NCBI RefSeq assembly: GCF_006345805.1
Contig: NC_043007.1
Location: 2,542,001 to 2,606,000, forward strand
DNA: 64,000 nt
Origin: Octopus sinensis
Lineage: Eukaryota
Direction of reading: 5' to 3'
Position 1 is the first letter of the stretch. The number at the start of each line of letters is the position of its first letter. The position numbers and the translations under genes were made by a program. This document shows, piece by piece, positions 54,019 through 64,000 of the stretch. Under the pieces are notes generated by a model, which was not told where the DNA came from, did not search any database, and saw only the letters and a list, made by a program, of their open reading frames with translations.

Positions 54019-54266
54019 TAATAATAATGATAATAATAAATAAATAATAATAATGATACTGAGAAGAGCATTATCGCTGTGAAAACAACATCCATTCATG
54101 AATTTATTTATTTATTAATTTTTTAAATACATATTTTATCTGTGAATGTGCGTGTGTACTCTGAGAATGCTTACAATGAGCCTCTCTGCCCTAGGTGTAC
54201 GGAAAATACTCGGCGAGAAACGGAAGAAAAATTTGAAGAAGGAAAAATAATTATGATAATAATATC

Positions 54267-54490
54267 TATTTCTTTACTACCCACAAGGGGCTAAACACAG
54301 AGGGGACAAACAAGGACAGACAAACGGATTAAGTCGATTACATCGACCCCAGTGCATAGCTATAACTTAATTTATCGACCCCGAAAGGATGAAAGGCAAA
54401 GTCGACCTCGGTGGAATTTGAACCCAGAACGTAACGGCAGACGAAATACGGCTACGCATTTCGCCCGGCGTGCTAACGATTCTGCCAGCT
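54267..54490 (-). mobile_element. SINE B
   Basis: Reverse complement of 11941-12171. Confidence 0.9.
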
Positions 54491-54499
54491 TGATAATAA

Positions 54500-54985
54500 T
54501 ATCAACCTGGCAATGTCTGCAGGAAGGAGACCTAAAAGGGCCCAAGGGGGTATTGGTGTGCAGCGCTCAAGAACAAGCTCTCACAACAAACTACTCCAAA
54601 TATCACGTTGATAAAAGCATTGATTCGCCACAGTGTAGGATGTGGTCTAAAAAAGGGAGAAAGTATAAGCCATATTGTTAGTGTATGTTGTAAGTTCGCA
54701 CAACGCGAATACAAAAGGGGACACAACAATGTGGCCAGGAATGTCCACTGGCAGTTGTGTGGTAAAGCAAACCTCGAAAGAGCCGAACAATGGTATGAAT
54801 ACAAGCCAGAGGGAGCAATGGAAAACAAACATTACAAAATACTCTGGGATTTTTACATGGAGGCGAGAGGGCCTGATATCCTAATCATCAATAAAGATGA
54901 TAAAGACGCAATGATAATAGATGTTGTAATACCAGGCGATTCGAGGGTGAAAGGTAAGGAAACAAAAAGGTTGAGAAATACCAAA
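54500..54985 (+). mobile_element. R4/Dong-clade LINE fragment (zinc knuckle + RLE endonuclease)
   Basis: AQEQALTTNY..CRM..ESISHIVSVC..EYKRGHNNVARNVHW..KILWDF..PDILIINK..IIDVVIPGD. Confidence 0.9.
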
Positions 54986-55057
54986 CATTCTACCAGTTCG
55001 TCATCTTAATAATAATAATAATAACAATAATAATGATGATGATGGTGATGATGATGA

Positions 55058-55610
55058 ATGCTTGGATGCAGCACCAGACAGTGACTCTAGTGGCTTCTGA
55101 TCTTAGCAAATTGGAAATGTTATGTACATTGTTTTATCCTGGTATAAAAGATGGGCTACAGCAAATATTCCACTCAATACTACAGATTTACTTGTAATTT
55201 GTTTGATTTTAACCAGTTGAGCATGTCCCTTAGTGGCTGACGATATGTGCATCTCTGATCACGAGCAGAGTAGTGGGGGAGTATCATAGCCATGTGTTGA
55301 GAGGGATTCTTTGGGGTTTGAATAATTCACCTTTGAAAACATGGGTATTTAGTTCAGCATCTTTAAACCACCCTTATTCAGGGACCTTTTGAGCGGGATG
55401 GGCTACTGAACCTGAAGAAAATTCAAACTTTGCCCCACCTGCAAGGTCATGTGCTGTTTATCTTGATATGAGATCATCATGGTGCGGACATATGGTTGTG
55501 ATCTATGTGTCTGGTGTACCCTTATCAGACGGGTAGTTATGATGAGTATAATGAGCTTCGTATATCTAGCCCCAGTGTTACTTTGATGGCATGCACTGCT
55601 TTCTCACTCA
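55058..55610 (+). mobile_element. Non-coding retroposon 3' segment embedded in (TAA/TGA)n, copy 2
   Basis: See copy 1; extends ~25 bp further at the 5' end. Confidence 0.75.
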
Positions 55611-55889
55611 ATAATAATGATAATAATATCATCCTCTCTACTAGAAGTACAAGGCCCAAATTTGGCGGGAGGCTTCTAGTGGATTACATCGACACTAATG
55701 TTTCTTTGCTACTTAATTTATCGACCCCAGAAGAAGTCGACCCGGCGGAATTTGAACTCAAAAACGTAGCGACAGATGAAATATCGCTAAGTACTTCGCT
55801 CAGCGTGCTAACGATTCGGCCAGGTCAACACTTTAATAATAATAGTAATGATGATGATGATCATAATAATAATAATAATAATAATAATG

Positions 55890-55925
<36 letters not shown>

Positions 55926-55960
55926 TAATAATAATAATAATAATAATAGTAATAATAATA

Positions 55961-56192
55961 CGCAAAATACATATCCTACGCAAAATATTCTATGTAATCC
56001 CAAGGTTTAAAACATCCTTTTTTTTTTTAAATCTATGTATTAGACATTCACTAGTACAACACCAAAAAAACCCCAAATATATGGCACACTAGGCATAACA
56101 ACAACGTGAACTTCCAACCTGTTGTCTCTTGAGGTCTCTGGGTGAGACTTGGAGCCTACTTGTACAGACATAAAGCAAAAGTCAAACATAGA
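55961..56192 (+). mobile_element. Another R4/Dong-like 3' terminus in (TAA)n
   Basis: HILRKI followed by a 3' UTR; TAA runs on both sides. Confidence 0.55.
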
Positions 56193-56446
56193 ATAATAAT
56201 AATAATAATAATAATTTCTACTACAGGCACAAGGCCTGAACTGATTTTTGTGGGGGTCAGGCGATTCGATTGACCTCAGTATGTAACTGCTACTTAATTT
56301 ATCGAGTCCTAAAGGAAGAATAATAATAATAATTCGATGAACAAATCTCTACCGCTGAAATACACACTAATACCGAAGAGAAACTGTACGAATCCCCAAA
56401 TGACACACCTGACCAAAATGGAAAAGTGTTTGTCGTTCAAATGTTA

Positions 56447-56829
56447 TGGAAGCACTCCGTCGGTTACGACGACGAGGGTTCCGGTTGATCCGAATCAACG
56501 GAACAGCCTGCTCGTGAAATTAACGTGTAAGTGGCTGAGCACTCCACAGACATGTGTACCCTTAACGTAGTTCTCGGGGATATTCAGCGTGACACAGAGA
56601 GTGACAAGGCCGGCCCTTTGAAATACAGGTACAACAGAAACATGAAGTAAGAGTGAGAGAAAGTTGTGGTGAAAGAGTACTGCAGGGATCACCACCATCC
56701 CCTGCCGGAGCCTCGTGGAACTTTAGGAGTTTTCGCTCAATAAACACTCACAATGCCCTGTCTGGGTATCTAAACCGCGATCTTATGGCCGCGAGTCCGC
56801 TGCCCTAAACACTGGGCCATTGCGCCTCC
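56447..56829 (-). mobile_element. SINE family C, tail type 2
   Basis: Head matches the 52829 copy; tail matches 38838-39020. Confidence 0.88.
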
Positions 56830-56834
56830 ACATT

Positions 56835-57275
56835 CAAATATTAAGTTCATCACCCAAAATAACTTTCTAACTTCAAGGACAGCACATACAGACAAATATC
56901 TGGGATTTCGAAGGGAATGAGGGTAGCCCCCACTTTTGCTAATCTTGTCATAGCATACTTCGAGGTCCAAATATACAAAGACGCCACACTCAAATTCAGG
57001 ATATTTTCCATAAATACTTATTCGCCAACAGGTAATGCTACCTGGCTGATTGTTTCATTCCGTGTTCACACAACATGGATCAACACCTGGATTTTAAAAA
57101 CTTAATTAATAACACAATCCGCACTTTAGAATTTCCGTTGGAGATTCAAAAACATCATAAAAATTAGTCTTTAGGCATCATAAAATGACTTACTAACAGA
57201 AACCAACTCAGAAATCAATAACTGCTATTCCGCAACCCCACCCAAAACACCCCAAAAACCAATATAGCCTTTAAC
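56835..57275 (+). mobile_element. Penelope-like reverse transcriptase fragment
   Basis: FKDSTYRQISGISKGMRVAPTFANLVIAYFE (RT5-like), YLADCFI (decayed YLDD), TNIAFN; frameshifted. Confidence 0.8.
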
Positions 57276-57345
57276 GTACATACAAATACATACATGCACA
57301 CACATACATGTATACATATATATATATATAATATATATATAATAT

Positions 57346-57622
57346 AGATTTGGTAGACGGAAACTGAAAGAAGCCTGTCGTATATATGTATATATTTATA
57401 TGTAAGTGTGTGTGTATTTGTTTGTGTGTCTGTGTTTGTCCCCCTAGCATTGCTTGACAACCGATGCTGGTGTGTTTACGTCCCCGTCACTTAGCGGTTC
57501 GGCAAAACTGACCGATAGAATAAGTACTGGGCTTACAGAGAATAAGTCCCGGGGTCGATTTGCTCGACTAAAGGCGGTGCTCCAGCATGGCCGCACTCAA
57601 ATGACTGAAACAAGTAAAAGAG
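57346..57622 (+). mobile_element. SINE A lacking the 5' head, little diverged
   Basis: Near-identical to 46964-47238. Confidence 0.92.
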
Positions 57623-57655
<33 letters not shown>

Positions 57656-58160
57656 TATAGGTAAACAATGCATACATAGATACATATACATATATATATA
57701 TATATATGTATATATATATTATATATATATATTATATATATATATATACATACATATACATATAAATATATACATATACATACATACATACATATTTATA
57801 TATATTTATATACATACATATATATATATACATATACATATATATATGCGCGTGTGTATGTACACATACATATATGTGTATATATTTACTAGTCATGCCT
57901 GATATTTAATATGTATTTGACAGTTCCGTTCCGGTGATGGATAACTCAGTTATTAAGACATTAATAGGCTATCATCATTTTCTCCCGCCTCCTAAGCAGT
58001 ATTTCTGCCTTCTTTATTTTCATGTCTGTGCGCGTCTATAATAATATAAATATCTATAGCTATGTGTGTGTATAAATGTACGTACACACACACATATATG
58101 TATACATATATGTAAATATGTATATATATATACATATCTATATATGTATTTGTTTATATT

Positions 58161-58192
<32 letters not shown>

Positions 58193-58364
58193 TGTATAAA
58201 TATGTATATATAAATATATATATATATATAATACACACACAAATATGTCTACCATGTCTATCAAATCAGTCAAATAATTGTAATGATTATAGTAATTGTT
58301 AAAAAAAAAGTGTTCGAACATAATTGATATTGATAATATATATTTTTTGATTGATATGAGTTCC

Positions 58365-58424
<60 letters not shown>

Positions 58425-58426
58425 AC

Positions 58427-58470
<44 letters not shown>

Positions 58471-59504
58471 ATATATATACATATGTGTGTGTGTGTGTGT
58501 TGCTTTCCTCCAAGAAACACACATTATTTAAAACTCATTTTTTTTTGACTGGCCGGACAGAATCAGTGCACGGGAAACTAATTTGATTTAAATTATGACA
58601 TTGTTTTTTTCTGTCTCTACGGGATTGATAATCACTGAACGAAATCTAAATTCGTATATGTTCTATTACCAGTGACCATTTCAATTCCAGTCATAAATCT
58701 CCTGTCTTTTTCACCTACAGTAGTCCCTGAACAATACTATTGAATCGCGCTTGTGAGGAATATGTTTTCTGTAGCTTATTTTTTTATTAACTACATCGAG
58801 CTGCAGCATCTAACCTCTAGTATCACTGTGGTCCAGTCAAGTTAATGCCGAGAGTTCGTGGGATACGTTCAATTTTTTGCAGCTGTTGCGGTGCTAAATA
58901 AAGATTTCCTTATAATAAGGCAGATGAAAAACAAAATTGAATATATCAAAGTAGATTCTTTATCTTCAAGAATCAGTTCATTTTTGAGACGTTTTCAAAC
59001 GTTCTGCCTCTAAAAGCCTATTCCAACGATAAAGCAATTCGCAACAGTTCAGTTATGCATTTCAACTGAGGGGCAAACCGAGTTGGGTGTGTCTATAAGT
59101 CTTTGAAAACACCAGGATGCTGGGAGAATATTTATGTAAATAACACGGGTCTTAGCTAATGAAATTTGTTGGATACCACTGATGTAGAGGCTCGAACGCT
59201 GACACGCCGTCTTTGAAACTTTACCACCTACAACACGCCGTCTTTGAAGCTTTACCACCTATAACAACTGTCAGTCCTTTATTTATTAAGTTTGACAGAA
59301 GCACAAGGCGACATGATTTGGAGATGGACCGTACGGTCTATCTTATCCTGTAATGTTCTTAAATGCATTTTTTTCATCAGACATGGACAGATGAATGTTA
59401 AAGTCGACTAAGTTGGGATTTGATCTCAGATATACATAATTTAAGACCACATGACCGATTCGCAGCTCTTTTTCTCTCAGACGAATAAATATAATACACT
59501 AATT

Positions 59505-59740
59505 TGTTTTATCTTTACTACCCAAAAGGGGCTAAACACAGAGAGGACATAAAAGGACAGACACACGGATTAAGTCGATTGGATCGCTCCCAGTACGCAA
59601 CTGGTACTTATTTAATCGACCCCGAAAGGATAAGAGGCAAAGTCGACCTCGGCGGAATTTGAACTCAGAACGTAAAGCCTGACGAAATACGACTACGCAT
59701 ATTTCACCCGGCGTGCTAACGTTTCTGCCAGTTCGCCGCC
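59505..59740 (-). mobile_element. SINE B, full length
   Basis: Reverse complement of 11941-12171. Confidence 0.9.
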
Positions 59741-61622
59741 TTATAATGATAATACAATAAATTCCGAGGAAACGTGTGATGGGTGCGTCGGCAAGTTGTA
59801 AATATTCTTAACGACCACAGATCTAAAGAAATCGGTATGCCATGTTGAAATGCTGTCTAGCAATGAGTGCTGAGCCCTTTAACTGCAGAGGAAATTCTTC
59901 AAAACGTTACATATGTCGTTTTCGTCACGGTGAAGTAATTCATTCACATATGTATTAGAAAATATTTAATCGAATATACTTCGACCCAGAAATATTGAGA
60001 GCTTTTGCTTCTCGAACAAATCAATAAATAATTTATTTTTGAAATACTGCGAGATTTTCTTTGAAGTTGCGATCAATTGTGTGGTTTTTTTTTGCTTTAT
60101 TTTTCACTTTCATTTCCGTACGATAAAATTATCTCAGTGAAATAGATGATTGTTGCCACTGTCGGTATTATATAATAAATAAAAGAGTTTCTGATTCAAA
60201 CTAATCGATTTGACATCAAAGCAGACATATGCCATACGAACAGTTAATATGCTAGAATTCAAAATGATTTCAAAATTCGATAGCGTTGTGATATATCGTT
60301 GTTAGTTGTTGTTGTAATTTAGCCGGAAGATATCCCTGATGGAATGGTTCCATTATCTAAAACTGATAGTATATTCACTGGTTATTTCTGTTAAAGATAT
60401 GTAAGGCAAGAGTGATTATGTGGAGGATCTCCTTCGCTCAACGATAGGGATTCCGATGTTCGATAAACTAAATTAGCTGCTCATGAATTCACGTGTAAAG
60501 GCATGAGAATTTGCTTTCAATAGAAAAGGCTTATGTCGGACTAGCCACACTTTTCGGAAATATTGATTGCAGAAAGTTGGTGCAAAAGTTTATCACACAC
60601 CCAAGGCACAACATACTTTTCAGGATTTTCTATTAGAGTTCTCCATCACGTAAGTTAGTTGCATTTGCCACAGCTTGGAATCCAGCCCACCTGGGTAGGC
60701 TAAATGCGCTCCAAGGTGCTAAAAGTTTCTAAATCACCCTTAACGTAATTCTCAGGTTAAACTCGCATTTAAGAGTGTGTAAAACGGACTTTTGAATTAG
60801 ACACAATCCAAGCAATGAGCCTCTGTAATGTTTCCGTTATTTCACTCACAAGGTATGTGTGGTTATATAAAAAAAGGGGTCATTTACCCAAGATTCCACG
60901 CGGTGTGATCGAAACAGGGTCCTTACGGATGCAACAGTATGCCGAGGCTGCCAATAAAACTTTAGTTAAGACGCATTAAAGTTTTATAATTACATTTCCT
61001 TTAATGTAATTGTGGCCAGCTGGCTGACAAAATCGTTACCGCCCTGGGCCGAGCGGTATTGGTTCTATCTATTTAAGTTTTGAGTTCAAAAACCACCGAG
61101 ATCGATTTCTGCCTTTATTCCCTTCGGAGATCGATAAAATAAGTATCGGTTTTGCACTGGAGTCAATGAAACTGATTTGAACCTCTCCCAAAAATACTAT
61201 ATGTCTTCTTCCAGCATTTTCTATGATACTTCTGTATTTTCCCATCAGATTGGTTCCCTTTGTGTAAAGGTATTTATTTTCCGTTTAAGCATTTTGGGTT
61301 TCAGATAAATTCCTTCGATATTTTTCCTTTTATTCTAATCGTTCCGATTGTCATGAATCACCACGAAAATATTTTGATCGAATTTATCGTAGTGATGTGT
61401 GTTTGCGCGCGAGTGTGTGTTTGTTGATGTATTCTTCCTCTACAACTTGTATATATTTCGACGTTGCATGAAACAGGTGCGCGATGTACTACGTGTCAGG
61501 TGTCGAAGTGATTCCAGCGCAGTGTGTAATGAAGTGCTTTGCCATGAACACAACATACCGCCCTGTCTAGGAATTGAAACCACGATCTCGCGTGCAACAA
61601 CCTAACCACTAGGCCACGTACC

Positions 61623-61737
<115 letters not shown>

Positions 61738-61739
61738 CC

Positions 61740-61946
61740 TTCTTTTATTTCTTTTATTTGTACATCATCTGACGGCGGTCATGCTGGAGCACCGCCTTAA
61801 AGGGTTTTAGTTGAAGAAATCCAACTCCAGAACTTATCCTTTGTAAGCCTGGTACTTATTCTATCGGACTCTTTTGCCGAACTGCTAGAAAGGGGACACA
61901 GACACACCAGCATCGGTTTTCAAGCGATGGTGGGAGACAAACAGAC

Positions 61947-61950
<4 letters not shown>
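61740..61950 (-). mobile_element. SINE A 3' part
   Basis: catgctggagcaccgcctt..tttgtaagcctggtacttattctatcgg. Confidence 0.85.
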
Positions 61951-61983
<33 letters not shown>

Positions 61984-61989
61984 CCACTA

Positions 61990-62141
61990 AACCTTTTCTA
62001 TTTTCTCTTCCTGTTTATTTCTGTGGTCCCTTCTGCCGAAGAGCGTAGACACGATATGTAAAAGACTTTCTCACTTCCCGAGCGTTAAACTAATACACCT
62101 GTTTGATGTTTACACACCCGTCTTCGTTTTTTTGTAAATTC

Positions 62142-62148
<7 letters not shown>
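61990..62148 (+). mobile_element. Probable pLTR remnant with decayed hammerhead-like motif
   Basis: CCGAAGA-gcguagacac-GAUA-ug-UA-aaag at 62036-62064; tail shared with 16100-16185; (TA)n on both sides. Confidence 0.4.
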
Positions 62149-62192
<44 letters not shown>

Positions 62193-62246
62193 ACTTACCT
62201 ACATAATACATACATACATACAAACATACGTACATACATACATACA

Positions 62247-62277
<31 letters not shown>

Positions 62278-62802
62278 TGTCCCTTGAAAAATAAAAAAAA
62301 ACAAAGCTAAACTCTGTGGGATGTGAACTCAGAACGCCAGAACCAGAGATTTTTACGCCTCCGTATTTCGTACAACATTTCTATATCTTTGCCAATAGCC
62401 TACCTACGTTTCTCCACTTTCCAAACTTTAATATCAACGCCTCATCCTTCTTCTTATCAACCATCATCCTCATTCACACATAGTCACATGGATATATATT
62501 TATGCTCGTATATCGATCTTTGTGCGTTTGTGTAAGTATGTGTGTTCGTTTGTGTATGTGTGTGTGTGTATGTGTAGTTATTGTGTATGTATGTTTATGT
62601 TTGTATATAGAAAGAGAGGGAAGTTTGTTCTAGGTGTTTATTCGATGAATGATGCAGCATAATATTATTACATCAAATTTTATAAACATAGGATGCGATA
62701 TTCATGACGTCATCAAATTTAACAGTCAGTTATGTATATTAACTACCTCAAGTAAAATAGTTGCTGGGTTTACGTGATTCGCTTTGTACAATACACACAA
62801 AA

Positions 62803-62975
62803 AGCGTAAGGAGTGGTTGTGTGGTAAGTAGCTTGCTTACGAAGCATAAGGCTCCGGGTTCAGTCCCACTGCGTGGCATCTTGGGCAAGTGTTTTCTACT
62901 ATAGCCTCGGGTCTACCAAAGCCGTGTGAGTGGATTTGGTAGACGGAAACTAAAAGAAGACCGCCGTATAAATGT

Positions 62976-63023
<48 letters not shown>

Positions 63024-63068
63024 ATATATATTTATATATATATATTTATATATATATATTTATATATT

Positions 63069-63112
<44 letters not shown>

Positions 63113-63366
63113 GTGTGTGTGTATGTATGTATGTATGTATGTGTGAGTATAAGTTTGTGTGTCTGTGTTTGTCCCCTCAACATCGCTTGACAACCGATGC
63201 TAGTGTGTTTACGTCCCCGTAACTTACCGGTTCGGCAAAAAGAGGCTGATAGAATAAGTACTAGGCTTACAAAGAATAAGTCCTGGGGTCGATTTGCTCG
63301 ACTAAAGGCGGTGCTCTAGCATGGGCACGGTCACATGACTGAAACACGTAAAAGAGTAACAGAATA
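62803..63366 (+). mobile_element. SINE A, full length with expanded internal microsatellite
   Basis: Colinear with 46835-47246. Confidence 0.92.
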
Positions 63367-63390
63367 ACAAAAATTTTTTAATAAATAAAA

Positions 63391-63441
63391 CGGCGGTGCC
63401 ACAGCATGGCCGCAGCTCTGAGCTGAAACTAGAAAAAAAAA
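63391..63441 (+). mobile_element. Extreme 3' end of the CR1-group LINE seen at 31634
   Basis: cggcggtgccacagcatggccgcagctctgagctgaaact followed by an A-run. Confidence 0.8.
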
Positions 63442-64000
63442 TTATATTGCGAAGACGATGCTGAGTCAGTTCTGCGCATCACATCTACCAAATAGACGTA
63501 TACTTGCCGATAATCATGTCGCTGCTGTTGCGGCCTCTGTCACCGCCGCTGCGCCTCCTCAGGCCAAGGCTAGCTGAACAGACAGATGAGCAAAGTATCC
63601 CAGTCATGCCCATCCCGTTTTATTAAAACGAAAACCTTTGCTTATTGCTCTGTACTCAGTCCGTTATGTCGTTCTGCAAATATTAATGTCACAAGGATAT
63701 GATTTGAACGCTTTTTGGTTGGTACTTCTTGTAGAACCCTCTTTGGGTCACGCAAGTCTCTTTGTTTTTCGATAAACTTTCGGATACACTTTGCTAATTT
63801 TTCGACCACATGAAATTTCGTGATGGGACTACTTTCTGGCTTCAGTCGGGTCATTATCTTTCGGGAAAGTATCGACTTTAAAATGCATGTGCTTCTAGAC
63901 AAAGCTGTCAGGAAATATTGAAACAACAGTGTACTTTGCTAATATAATGCCACTCACTCCGTTACCAATTCGTCAGCAGATTATTAAGCATCGAAAGAAG

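Noticed and set aside
57921-57965. Further hammerhead candidates here and at 44935-44978, 47480 and 59177
   Set aside because: Only a partial core or single stem; GAAA/UH not recoverable
59202-59262. 31-bp tandem duplication (similar small ones at 15448 and 24481)
   Set aside because: Ordinary local slippage duplications
63642-63926. 94-aa minus-strand ORF (also 13248-13445, 25272-25469, 28906-29187, 41183-41530)
   Set aside because: No recognisable family motifs; lengths within chance expectation

Overview
AT-rich, repeat-saturated eukaryotic DNA, most likely intergenic or deep intronic. It is very probably from an octopus/cephalopod genome (inferred from the tRNA-derived SINE families and the extreme density of (TA)n, (TACA)n, (TAA)n and (TATC)n). 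No host protein-coding gene can be supported. Almost all listed ORFs are translations of microsatellites or fragments of decayed transposons: mariner, Tigger-like and piggyBac-like MITEs, Helitrons, CR1-group LINEs, R4/Dong-clade RLE LINEs, Penelope-like elements and at least three SINE families. The strongest signal is about 13 type-I hammerhead-ribozyme-like motifs from several unrelated short repeat families. One lies directly downstream of a Penelope GIY-YIG ORF, and several sit in tandem or fold-back (inverted pLTR) structures abutting (TA)n. Their cores appear to show compensatory variation of the tertiary 3:8 pair (C-G, U-A, G-C). Other findings: microsatellite-associated R4-clade retroelements, modular SINE head/tail swapping, a SINE-LINE shared 3' end, two mariners built from two copies of the same end, and nested insertions. 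All calls were made by eye, with no searches or folding run; boundaries are approximate.
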